A DNA stretch of 62,987 nucleotides, counting the filler, from Licmophora abbreviata (lineage: Eukaryota), in assembly GCA_900291995.1 (NCBI GenBank). It is 15 parts of 15 records of this genome, joined end to end, with 100 filler letters (N's around TTAATTAATTAA, not from the genome) between each part and the next. Parts side by side here need not be neighbours in the genome. Positions count along the whole stretch, not along the records: positions 36,097 to 39,146 come from OLMU01001700.1; positions 39,247 to 49,807 come from OLMU01001701.1; 13 more parts are not named here. One strand, written 5' to 3'. Shown piece by piece: positions 38,001 through 49,643 of the stretch (within the stretch, counting starts at the first letter, position 1; the number at the start of each line of letters is the position of its first letter). The notes under the pieces were generated by a model. That model was not told the origin of the DNA. It was given only the letters and a program-made list of their open reading frames with translations, and did no database searches. Made by a program: the position numbers and the translations under genes.

Positions 38001-39408
38001 CTTTCAACGGCCGCGAAAGCTGACGACGTGGTGGCGTCACCAAACTGGGGGCCGTTCAAAAGGTCGGTAACACTCGAGGCTTGCAGTCCAGCGGGGTGCT
38101 GAAGGGAAGTGCTATCCCCAAAGACCTTATTGCTGTCAAAGATGATGGGTAGAAGCTTTCCCGTCGAGTCAGCACTCTCGATAAAGGCAAGGCAATAGTG
38201 ACCCGCCTGCTCGATGATGACAGACGCAGTGTCGCCGGGTTCGGTCGACATCTTGTAAAATGGCATCGTCAATTCATCATCGGCATGACTTACACCCATC
38301 CAACCTTCGAGAGTCCGTCCCATGGACTTGAGCTGCCAGTCGAGCTTTCCGCCGAATGGCTCAATCTTTGCAAGTCCATCGAGCAGCGACAGCTTCAGCT
38401 CGGTCGATCCAGTGTTGGTGAAGGTCGTACGCCGAACCAACGAACCAAAGTCTTCCTCGGGCAGCACAAAGTATTTTACAGCGGTAGCAAGACCGTTGGT
38501 TTCATCAAACTCTTGTATTTCAACTTCATTGGGTCCAACGAACATGACTCGCTTCGGCTTGGTCGGATCGTCGTCCTTCTTGTCAGCGTTGCGAGACCTG
38601 GCAGGATCAAACGGCTCCGTCTCGAAGGAACCCAGCACGCGAGTTCCTCGGACGAAGCTTCGGAATCCAATATAAGGGGTGGATTGGTAGGCCTTGTTGG
38701 CAGCGTTGAATTCCATAATGGGGAAATCCTTTGAGGCCGTCCCGAACGAGGCAATGGCCTGTCCGCGGTTGACGTAGAAACTCCACACGGGAATGCCGTA
38801 ATATCCCGCGACGCCGGGTAGAAAACTGGCAAAGGTTGGACGTGCGTCGAAGTCCTCCACGACATAGCGATGAACGTCATCAAAGAGTTTCATCTGCCCA
38901 TTCTTTTGCACCGTCAATCCGGTATCGGAGGCAACCGTCTTGTCGACTCCGCCTCCCTTGGGACGAGTGAATACGGCGCCGGCTACGCCGAGAAGCGCCA
39001 AAACAATGACTGCGATCGCAATCTTTTTCTTGTTTCCACCAGAAGAAAGTGAGACTGCAACAAAGTTAAACCAAAGTAGTGGAGGCAATGGTGAGCAACT
39101 ATGGTTTCGACGGCCAAGAAACTCTCTCTCAGTTGAGTCGAGTCATNNNNNNNNNNNNNNNNNNNNNNNNNNNNNNNNNNNNNNNNNNNNTTAATTAATT
39201 AANNNNNNNNNNNNNNNNNNNNNNNNNNNNNNNNNNNNNNNNNNNNGACGGCCAAGAAACTCTCTTTCAGTTGAGTCGAGTCATTTCGTAGGTGTTCGCA
39301 AAAATCCGAACCAAACTCACCGCCATCGTCCCCAGGGACTGCTTCGTACGTTCCACCATTTTTCTGGTAGCTTGACATGCTTGCGCCGTTCCCACCGTTC
39401 TTGGACAT
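35028..39408 (-). CDS. Beta-1,3-glucan phosphorylase-like (GH161-type) with N-terminal TM helix
   Basis: Introns 39320-39055, 37612-37518, 37300-37216, 37058-36978, 36535-36447. Motifs 'FASFLPGVAG..GIPVWSFYVNRGQ', 'FSRIHGDLERDYN', 'GNYRDIAQNRR', 'GDHWDY', 'GRPGWNDAMNGLPG', 'FLEGPV', 'GWLENES', 'GFVARLSGSTAEF'. Confidence 0.82.
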
Positions 39409-39788
39409 TGTCCCACGAGTCTCTTGTTGGATCAACAAAGACAACAGTGTAAAGCAGACCTAACACTGTATTTGCGAACAATGGGCGAAAGATCCAAAAT
39501 TCGAAGATTCGACGGTCCTCGGTTTTGTGGCGCCGCAGCTGTCGAGCAGTAGAGAGCACGTGAGATCCTACGTCATGTCGCACCTTCTGCTTTATTGTTG
39601 ACTTCTTCGACTAGCTCAGCTGTCTGTGAGATATCGTGTCTGTGTGTGTTGCAAAGCATCATCAATGTAACACAGACTCAACCGATTTGAATTCCCGTAC
39701 AGCTGGTAGTAAATTTAAGCATGTAGAATTCCTACTGAGCCTCGATTCCGTAACTTCGGCTCACAATTTTTCTGCATCATCCGAAACC

Positions 39789-40514
39789 ATGGTGAGGACT
39801 TCTTTGGAGAGATTTTCTCGCTCTGTATTCACTTTTTGAGAGTTTTTCGACTCGCACATGCCATCTTGGGGAAAGTGAGAAGGGTTGGAAAAGGGAGGGA
39901 GAAACTCAATTTAGAATGCCGAGGCTCCAATCTCGCCTTTGCGTCGTGATTGCCATGACTCCGATGATATGCGACAAATTTAGTACTCACAAACTTCAAG
40001 TCCGCGCCAGAAAAATATTATGGCGCGGTGCCGTCGTCGCTCGAATGATGCCGTCTGCTCACACTTCGTCGTCTTTGTGTACTCGTTACTACAGTCCGGC
40101 AAAGGAGGCAAGGGAGGAAAAGGTGGCAAGGGCGGCAAGGCCCCCACCTCAAAGAAGGCACCGCAGTCGCGTTCGTCCAAGGCTGGACTTCAGTTCCCCG
40201 TTGGTCGTGTCCATCGTTTCTTGAAGCAGTCCGTCCAGCACAGCCAACGAGTTGGAGCCACGGCTGCCGTCTATACTTCGGCCATCCTGGAGTACCTTAC
40301 GGCTGAAGTCTTGGAATTGGCTGGTAACGCCTGCAAGGATTTGAAGGTCAAGCGTATCACTCCCAGGCATTTACAGCTTGCGATTCGTGGAGACGAAGAG
40401 CTGGATGCTCTCATCAAGGCGACGATTGCCGGTGGTGGTGTTATTCCCCACATTCACAAGTCGCTCATCAACAAGTCCACCAAGGGAGGCAAGAAGGGAG
40501 GAAAGCACTACTAG
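39789..40514 (+). CDS. H2A.Z: Histone H2A.Z
   Basis: Probable ATG-only first coding exon 39789-39791, intron 39792-40094, then SGKGGKGG...'[15 protein letters not shown]', 'RVGATAAVY', '[23 protein letters not shown]', '[13 protein letters not shown]'. Confidence 0.95.
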
Positions 40515-40922
40515 ATATCCTCTGGGCTAGTAGTGAAATCGAGATGTGTTCGTGTGATGAGCAGCGTGCGCGGTATTCGCGCTGTATGAATCTGGGGATG
40601 GTGTCGACGTCTATGGCGAGATACCCTATCTGTGAAGGACGAGTGGGTCGGCGGTGCTCGTCAGAAGCCTTAGTAAAATAAATGTCCAATCCAAGCTCAT
40701 TGTGTGTTGATTTCTGATCTACATACAACTGTATCTTTTACTGCTACCCTTCGTAGTGCGTGACTGCGTTTCGTCCATGAACTCAGAGCAGAGAGATGAG
40801 CACACGACGAGGGACAGTTCTTCGAGTAGACCTACTCCTGACGGAACATGACTATATCGCATACAACGTTAACAGGTGCGCTCGTCTCGGCCTTAGATGC
40901 TAATATTATTTCAAGACTGAAC

Positions 40923-42167
40923 TCACGACTTCGTTCCAACCTTCGTCGAAGTGCCACCTGCTGCAGCGTTGTTTCCCCCCTGAGCAGCAATAATACTGAT
41001 CCCGGCGCTTGGCTTCTTGGCGCGACCACCACCATCGGACGCCTTCCGCTTCGCCCCACCGGACGCCGCCACCCGTCCGGCAGGTTTGGAGGGTTTCAGC
41101 GTCGGAGCTCCCAACCCCGGAACGACAATTCCCCACTGCTTCGACAACGCCAATTGTACATCCTGCACATCCATCGTCTTACTTCCTCGATGCTGCGCCA
41201 GGCGTATACTCTGTCGGGTCACCTTGTCCAGAAAGTCGTCCGCCATAAGCAAAAGCTGCTGCTCAGCCTCGGTGTCCAGTGTGTAGTTGGGGTCGACTGA
41301 CGTTAGTAAATCTTGCATGCGCTGACCCGTCAGTGGCGCCGTGTTTGCAGAACCCTGTAGACGTGATTCAGAGAGCGTTGGCTGTGACGTTGGTTTTGTG
41401 GATGGCGGTGGGGGAGCGTCAGTTGCAGTGGCGGGAGTACTAGCACCCGATGGTCGACGCTGATGTGCTTGCGAAGGAGCCAAGGCCCGAGTCGCAGCGG
41501 CGACCCGCGCCGCTTCGGCTGCCTTCACCTTGGCCATGTGGTCTTGTCGCGCCTTGTTGGCAATAGCTGCTGCATTGGGAGAGGGGACAGGAGCCTGTGT
41601 TACAGCAGCAGTAGCTGTACCTGTCAAGGGAGGGACCGAAATGGGGGGGATATTGGTAGTCACGCTCGTCGCTGTGGGAACATCGAGCGGAGGCAATCCA
41701 GCAGCGGCGCGAGCTGCGGCTTGCATCTGAGCTGCCCTCGCTTGTTCGGGCGTCAGTCCAGGAGCGCCTGGCGCCGGAACGGATGGGGGCGAGGGACGGC
41801 GATTTGCCATAGCAGCAAAGTCCTTACCCTTGGGGCGGCCACCCTGCTGTCCTGGCGACGGTTCAGACGGCGCTGCCGTGGCTGCAGGTGCTGGGGCACG
41901 CATGCTCATGGCTTCAAAATCTTTTCCTTTGGGCTTTCCACCTGGAGGTGGATTCGTTACTACAGGGGCGGAAGTCTGATCGGGTTGTGAGGCAACCTGC
42001 TGCTGTGCGTCCGAGGTCGCTGCTTGTTGTGCCTGGGGCTGGGTGAGGAGTCGGTCTTGCATGACCGCGAAGGATTTCCCGGCGGCACTCCCTCCTCCGC
42101 TTCCGGAGCCGGCCGGAGAGCCTTGCTCTGTCTTTTCTTCTGGATGCTTCTGCGGCTGTTCACTCAT
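40923..42167 (-). CDS. TAF12: TFIID/SAGA subunit TAF12 (histone fold) with long Pro/Ala-rich N-terminus
   Basis: 'DPNYTLDTEAEQQLLLMADDFLDKV...LAQHRGSKTMDVQDVQLALSKQWGIVVPG'. Confidence 0.9.
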   Translation of the reverse strand: MSEQPQKHPEEKTEQGSPAGSGSGGGSAAGKSFAVMQDRLLTQPQAQQAATSDAQQQVASQPDQTSAPVVTNPPPGGKPKGKDFEAMSMRAPAPAATAAPSEPSPGQQGGRPKGKDFAAMANRRPSPPSVPAPGAPGLTPEQARAAQMQAAARAAAGLPPLDVPTATSVTTNIPPISVPPLTGTATAAVTQAPVPSPNAAAIANKARQDHMAKVKAAEAARVAAATRALAPSQAHQRRPSGASTPATATDAPPPPSTKPTSQPTLSESRLQGSANTAPLTGQRMQDLLTSVDPNYTLDTEAEQQLLLMADDFLDKVTRQSIRLAQHRGSKTMDVQDVQLALSKQWGIVVPGLGAPTLKPSKPAGRVAASGGAKRKASDGGGRAKKPSAGISIIAAQGGNNAAAGGTSTKVGTKS

Positions 42168-42538
42168 AATTTTAACTGTAGATGGGTTGCCAATGGATTG
42201 GTGCAATAAGAGAAGAATGGCCGGGGATGTGATGCCGATTCTTCGTCTTCGTCACCATGGAGGATGGCCACACTTCCGCCCGTGATGGGCGCCGCGTGGC
42301 GTTCAAGCTTTTTGTTGGTCAGTCATCGATGCGAGCTCGTGCGATCGGAGCTCGCGGGATGATTTCAAACCAATTTTCCCGCGCAACAACATGCCTCCGA
42401 TCTGTCTGGATCCAAATCCCATTCATCAACCTTGACAACAGTACGACCTTAAAACCTCATGTATCGGAAAAACTAAACTTTTATTGCTTCCAAGGAAACG
42501 TTATTAACTCTACTCATCAAAATTCCATCGTTCACTCT

Positions 42539-44020
42539 CTACGAAAAGTCGTAATCCTTCAAGTAATGCCACGTGTCGGCGGTGGCGAACTCCTGAACAA
42601 GGCGACGGACCGCAGCGCGTTCTTCAGGAGCGTAGTAGTCACGATACTCCTTGCCCGTCGAGAACTCGTACACGCCCGTTGAGCGAGGAAGCTCCAGAAA
42701 GGTGAGCAAGCGCTTGACTGTCCCTTGCAAGTCATCGCGATAGTCTGAGTAGTGAATGATGAGCGTGGGAAGACCCATGTCGCGGCTCACGGCGAATGCG
42801 TTGTTATGCCACTGGACGTATCTGACAAACTCAGGAAAACAAGGAACCTCTGAGAACGTGTCGGCCAACGCCTTGTCAATCCAGCGATACTCGGCAAGGT
42901 CGAACTGACTGTTCTGTTCACGGCACCATTGCTGGAAGCCAACGCCATCGTAGGGATGCGTGTCCGTCCACGCGGTGTCGCCGCGGCGATTGTATTGCTT
43001 GTAGGTCAAATGGAAGCGGGCGACAGCATTGTCCAAGGGATGACGAATGACATGGATCGCCTTCTTCACGAGTCCGGGATTGTACGTGACGGCATCCAAC
43101 TTGATGGTTTTACCGTCGGGACCGAGCTTGGCGCGACGTCCACTCTGACACGAGATTTGGAAGGAGCGCGGTGTCTCGAGGTAACGCAGAGGATCGCAAT
43201 CGGTACAGAAGCCCCCACAGTGCGTCTTGGTGAGAATGTAGTCAGGAATCTTCGAAGGGCGATTGGGAATCAGCTCGAGGAAGGGGCCTTCCGGGCTGGT
43301 CGACAACGCGGAAACACTGGCTTGGTCCTTGATGTCACCTTCTAAAGCATAATTGGTCGCAGTGGTCGTGTTGGACGATTCACGCGTCAAATGAATGGTA
43401 AACGAGGTTCCACTGATTACAAGAAGACAAGTACAAGACAAGTGCATGTCAATGGTGTGAGAAATGAATTCGAACGACAAACTTTTAATATTGCAAACAG
43501 TTCAAACTTACCTATTGGGGAACGACATCAACCAAACAACCTTTGGATCGCCTTCGCCGATCAACGCCTCGTCGTATTCGGGCTCGTGCTGCGGCTCGAG
43601 GATGCGATCTTCAAACAAGGGAGTGGACGACAACGACTTGGCCCTACCACCGCTGCTTCCCCAGTACGAAAGCAGACCAGAATTCGGCGCAGACCATGGA
43701 GCGTCCAACGAGTGACCGTGGCGGATGTTGGTGGAACGTAGCGTGTGCGAGACTGAAACAAGCGATCCTGTGATCGTATCGACTCTGTTCGAGAAGGTGT
43801 ACGCCGCTCCAATCGCCGTCAAGACTGCCGAAAGAGAGGCCGAGGCCGCGGCGAGGATGAAGGCTTGCGAAATCGAAATGGTGCCGACGGCGCGACCACG
43901 ATGCTTGTGGCGTTTGCTGCCTTCGTCCTTGCTGAAGGCGGCGGGGGGACTGTCGGCGGACTCGTCGTCCGTCTTGTACGTCGTGTAGGGTTGCGGAGAG
44001 ATACGCATGCGAGGAGCCAT
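42539..44020 (-). CDS. Sulfotransferase-like type II membrane protein (paralog A)
   Basis: TM anchor; intron 43511-43413 restores 'VVWLMSFPNSGTSFT' (5'-PAPS-binding-like); 'LTKTHCGG.C..C', 'HVIRHPLDNAVARF', 'IHYSD'. Confidence 0.8.
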
Positions 44021-44678
44021 GTTGGGAAGCCACATGAGCGGTGAATGTGAATGAATGTGAGCTTGAAAAAGTGAAAACATGGTTTTCTCAAAAGGACTGT
44101 CAAACGTGATGGTCAGTCCATTTTCGGGACAAGTTCGAAAACGTGACGCCAATCAACCTTCAAACTTCGAAATCGGACTTGATCGTAGAAAAGATACGAC
44201 AGCCTACGACAGATGCTTCCGACTGAAGGTGCAGTCGAGATTCATCTCGAATTCTGGAAAGCGAAAACCATCGATTCATCACTGTACAATTTCGGCGATC
44301 AGAGGGCTCCTTAGCATGGCGGGGCATTGCTATCTCTGACGGACCGACGAGAAACCATGGTGACTGTCTTTCGAACGATGTGTCGCGTGTGATATGTTGT
44401 TTGCGTCGGTGATGAGTGAGCGTGGAGGCGAGTCGAGTGAGTCGAATTGAATTGGCCGACAGCAAGCATTTCCTGAAAATATCAGTTCGTAACATCTATA
44501 CTAACATTCCATGTATGTACAATGATACGAAAAGCTGGTAGTAATGACGTAGGCAATCATTCAAATCGCTTTCGATCCATCAAGATGACGCCGACGAAAA
44601 TAAAGACGACGGCAACACAACGACGGCCGGATAAAGTCGACTCGACTCTCTTTCGTCATCTTCACCAGCAGAGTCAAC

Positions 44679-45931
44679 ATGCGTGACACTTCTCCCAGAT
44701 ATCAGCCTGTTTCGCCTGCTGGTCGAGAAAAGAAAGAGCGCCATTTACGTTCATCGCAGTATCTACTGTTCAGTCTAGTCGCATGTACCGTGACGGCCAT
44801 GGTCGTCCATGCTTACGATAGCGTCGTCTTCATGAAGAAGGAAGAGTCGTCGCATGTACAGAAAGATGCCATGTCAGATCCAGATTCCAGCGCGCCCTGG
44901 CCTCGAGTCGCATGGCTCATGTCATTTCCCAATTCGGTACGCACGGAAAGTACATTGGAGAGAAATTCATGGTGTGGTCGCTCGTCTGGGCTCATACCAC
45001 TCTCTCTCTCGCTGTTTATTCTACCCAGGGGACTACATTCACGTTGGATCTTGTCACAACAATGACGAATCGTGCCGTTGCAACCAACTATGGCCAAGAA
45101 CCACAGAAAGCGAACGACGCCTTACTGAGTATAAGCCACGCGACCAATTCGACCGGTCCGTTTTGGTTGCGTCCCGACTTGCAGACACCCGACGATGAGT
45201 CTTCTGTCTATGTCTTGACAAAAACTCACTGTGGCGGTCGGTGCTCCTACTGTGGTCCCGAAACGTATATTGAGACTGTGCGCTCGTTTGATTACAAGTG
45301 TCGGACCGGCAGCATCCTCGTCGAGGGCACCAAAGTTCACGTGACGTACGACTCAACCTTGGTTCAACGCGCCGTGCATTTGATTCGCAATCCGTTTGAC
45401 AATCTCGTCGCTCGACTGCACATGGAGCAGCTGGGATGGGGAAATAAGCTGCAAGGCGGCGGTGATCCAGTGTATGCGGAGTTTTTGAGCAACTTTACCG
45501 ATACGCGGGAGGGCTTGCATGCGTGGTGCCGCTATATGGACGCAATTCGGACCAAGGACGAGCGACGATCGCATTTTATTGATGACGAACTGAGCAGAGT
45601 GCAGCAACACATTCCCTGTCATGCCGAGTTTTATCGCTATGTGCAGTGGCACTCGCTCGCGCTGGAAGTGACGCGACGCAAGGAGCTTCCGACGTACACC
45701 CTGTTTTACGAGAACTACGCGAGTCGCTTTGATGAGACTGCAAGCGAACTCTTGAAGTTTTTGCATCTCCAGAAGTATCAGGAGCCACCCGATTTTGTGC
45801 CCGGAAAGCACTATGAGGAATATTTCGATGCACGAGAACGAAAAGCCGTAGCGAGATTTGTGTGGGAACTGGCCTCACCAGAAATTTGGAGCTTGGTACG
45901 ACACTACGTCGAAAAGTGGCTGGACGTGTAG
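44679..45931 (+). CDS. Sulfotransferase-like type II membrane protein (paralog B)
   Basis: TM anchor; intron 44937-45028 restores 'VAWLMSFPNSGTTFT'; 'LTKTHCGG.C..C', 'HLIRNPFDNLVARL', 'LFYEN'. Confidence 0.8.
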
Positions 45932-46005
45932 TCCTACGACCAAGCACCTGACGAGCTAGCTAGCTAGAAGCAGAGACCGGTTGACTTGTATCGTTCTGCA
46001 TCAAG

Positions 46006-48238
46006 CTAGTCGTCCATCAACTTGCGGATTTCCGGTTCGAGGTACTCAAAGATTTTAGCGTCATCGATCGTCGGTGTGATCTTGAACTTCTGCTTGTCAG
46101 CTATCTTCTTCATTGTTCCACGAAGAATCTTTCCAGATCGTGTCTTCGGAAGCGCTCGGACGACCGCCACTTTCTTGAAACTCGCCACCGGTCCAAGATT
46201 CTCTCGGACCAGCTGAACCAGCTCCTCCCGAAGATGCGCGTGGTCTATGGTGCTACCAGCATTTGTCACAACAAATCCGATGGGAACTTCGCCTTTGAGT
46301 TCGTCGCCCACGCCAATCACCGCGCAATCCGCAATCTCGGGGTGCTCCATCAGTATCTCCTCCATAGCTCCCGTACTGAGACGGTGTCCCGCTGTATTGA
46401 TGATATCGTCCGTCCGCCCCATAATGTGAATATATCCATCGTCGTCAACAAACGCTGCATCCCCAGTGTCATAATGTCCAGGATACTTCGTCAGATAGTC
46501 GCGAATATACCTTTCATCGTTCTTGTACAACGTTGGTAAGGTACCAGGAGGCAGCGGCAGTTTAATGGTCACCGAGCTCGCCCGGTGGCAGCTCTTTCCC
46601 ATCCTCGTCTAACACGTGCACTTCGTACCCAGGGACGGGAGCTGCGCAGGCTCCATAACGAACAGGGAAATGTCCCAAGCCGACAGCGTTCCCGACGCCG
46701 GGCCAACCGAGTTCCGTTTGCCACCAATGATCGATAGCCGGTATGCTGTACTTCTCCAGAGCTCGCTCGCACCAATGAAGCGTGTCGGGGTCGCTGTGTT
46801 CTCCTGCCAAGAAGAGCGTCTTCAGACAGCTCAAGTTATACTGAGATATAAGTTCCGCTTCGGGATCCGCCTGTTTGATGGCACGAAACGCAGTCGGCGC
46901 CACAAAGAGAGTCTTGACTCGATATTCTTCGATGACGCGCCAAAAGGCACCTGCGTCAGGAGTGCCGACCGGCTTACCTTCATATAGGACCGTCGTGCAG
47001 CCATGCAAAAGAGGTGCGTACACGGTATATGCGTGTCCCACCGTCCAACCGATGTCACTTGACGATAACGATTGATACGCAAATGAGTTGATTTTCACAA
47101 GGCGCAAGAAGTACGAGAAACAATGAAGGAATGCCGCGTTTTCTCACCTTGCGGCCCAGTAGACTTCTCCGGGATTAGTATCGTAGAACTTACTCATGCT
47201 GTACTTCAGTGCGACTGCCCAGCCACCTGTATCTCGAACGACACCCTTAGGAAGACCCGTTGTCCCGCTCGTGTAAAGGATGTAGTGTGTATGCGTGGAC
47301 GGCAGCGGAACCGCCTCGACTGATGACGCGTTCGACATGACATCATCATAATTCAAATCCATCGGTCCCAGCTCACACGTCTTTACGTGATCTCGCTGTA
47401 CAATGATACATTTCTCTACTGTGTGACTAGACAGCTCAAGGGCCTTTTCCAGCAATGGTTTGTAGGGAACGATCTTGCCTCCTGCCTCAACACCAGCCGA
47501 TGCGGAAATGACGACTTTGGGCTCACAGTCGGAAATTCGAGTCGCCAGTTCGGGGGACGCAAAGCCACCAAATACAACAGAGTGGATCGCTCCAATACGT
47601 GTACATGCCAACATGGCAATCAACGCTTCTGGAATCATGGGCATGTAGATAATGACGCGATCGCCTTGTTCGACATCCAAATCGCGCAGAGCCCCCGCAA
47701 ATCGCGACACTTGGTCGAGTAGTTCGTTATAGGTGAGTCGCTTCTTGGTGTCCGTCACGGGAGAGTCATATACAATGGCATCTTGGTCTCCACGACCATT
47801 GGCAACATGTACATCGAGACAGTTGTAGCAGGTGTTGATAACTCCGTCGGTGAACCAACGGAACATGTGAGGATGGGTTTTCGATTGTTCCAGTATCTTC
47901 GTTGGTTTTTCGAACCAATGCAACTCTTCGGTGGCTCTACCCCAGAAAATCTCAGGATCAGTAAGCGACAATTGATATTCCGCAGCATACGATCCATGAG
48001 GACCTGCGACTGTATCTCTTGAAAATGGCCCGGGCGCGGAAGAGAAACATCTTTTGGTCCCAGGAGGGGAAGCTTTCGTTGCCTGCAGTGTCACAGTTCT
48101 TCTTATACGTTCAGACAAGGAGTATGCCGCTTTTGCTCTTATAGTTGAGTCTTGGCCAATAGAAGTAGTCGCCAATACTCCTGCAGCATGGTTGCAGCGG
48201 CAGTGTACGCCGAGGACCTTGCGAGCCATCACAGACAT
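46006..48238 (-). CDS. prpE: Propionyl-CoA synthetase/ACSS3-like acyl-CoA ligase (probable mitochondrial transit peptide; one frameshift)
   Basis: 'YILYTSGTTGLPKG', 'WAAS|DIGW' (intron 47147-47058), 'DHWWQTE', 'GRTDDIINTAGHRLSTG', 'LPKTRSGKILR'; frame switch at ~46572. Confidence 0.88.
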
Positions 48239-48632
48239 TCTCCAACCCCCGTGCAAAGGCACTTTTCTGGATTCAGATTTTACGATCGCTTGCAAGTTTC
48301 ACGACATCCTGTCTTCCAGCGCTTTTCCTCATCGGATACGCCACACGAATAGAGTCAAAGGTCGGAACAAGCCATGAAACGAGATGTGATGGCTGATGAT
48401 GTGAGTGCAATGTGATGAGTTTCGAAACCTTATGTGAAAAAAACCCGCGGGCGCGCGCAAAAGATACCTCACGATAGGTCTCAAGTTGAAAGTCCTTCCG
48501 CTGTACGGATCAGGCGTTACCGCTTACTTATTTTGCCATTCTTCGTAGACACGTACTGACTCCTACGTAGCTACGAGCATGGCTTTAAGGCCGCTCGCTG
48601 TCACAAACCGATTGAAGAAAATAACTTTCACC

Positions 48633-49643
48633 ATGGCGTCCTTTGCAGCTCTCCCCCCGATCCTCCAGCCCAAGGAGGAGGACATCCAGATGATGCTCTC
48701 CGCAGGTGTGCACACTGGTACCCGAAATGCCGAGTCTGCCATGCAGGAGTACATCTGGCGTCGCCGTAACGACGGCGTCCACATTCTCAACATTGGAAAG
48801 ACATGGGAAAAGATGGTCTTGGCCGCTCGTGTCATTGTTTCCATCGAGAACCCCGAAGATGTGATCGCCATTAGCGCTCGTCCGTACGGAATGCGTGCCG
48901 TCTTGAAATTCGCCTTCTACACGGGTGCTCAGTCCATTGCCGGACGTTACACGCCGGGTACCTTTACCAACCAGATCACAAGTTCCTTCAAGGAACCGCG
49001 CCTCTTGGTGGTGACTGACCCTCGCACAGACGCCCAAAGTGTCAAGGAAGCTTCCTACGTCAACGTTCCTGTCGTCGCCTTGTGTGATTCCGACTCCCCT
49101 CTTCAATATGTAAGTAAAACGCAGCGAAAGAATGCGGTACTATGTTTTTCTCCCCGCTATGTTGCGTCCTTGTATGCCTAACATGAAATCTCACCCGCAT
49201 CCTCTTTATTTAATATAATTTAACAGGTTGATGTTGCTATTCCGTGCAACAACAAGGGAAAGTACAGTATCGGTTTGATGTACTGGATGCTTGCCCGCGA
49301 AGTCCTTCGCCTCCGAGGAAGCGTTTCTCGCGCTGGCGACTGGGACGTCCCGGTCGATCTGTTTTTCCACCGCGACATTGAGGAGCTCAAAAAGAACGAG
49401 GAGGAACAGGCTGCCAAGTTGGAAGAATCTGCTGCTGCAGCGGCAGCAGCCGCGGCGGCTGCGGCCGCTCCAGTCTTTGACGAGGGACCGCCTCCTGAGA
49501 CCATTGTCGATCCTTCTCAGTTGGTCGATCCGGCCGCGGCTGCGGGATTCGCTGCCACTGCGGCGGGTGCCCCCGGTGCAGGTTATGCCGGTGGATGGGA
49601 AGGAGACCAGGCTGGAGCTGCTGGCGGAGCGACCGATTGGTAA
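48633..49643 (+). CDS. RPSA: 40S ribosomal protein SA (uS2)
   Basis: '[14 protein letters not shown]', '[11 protein letters not shown]', '[10 protein letters not shown]', intron 49110-49226, '[11 protein letters not shown]', '[12 protein letters not shown]'. Confidence 0.97.

Noticed and set aside
35190..38734. Long plus-strand ORFs (284, 305 and 178 aa) opposite the GH161-like gene
   Set aside because: Antisense shadows of a codon-biased gene; no recognisable motifs.
39792..40094. Possible intronic C/D-box snoRNA in the H2A.Z intron
   Set aside because: ATGAT-like C boxes are present but no suitably placed CTGA D box or terminal stem.
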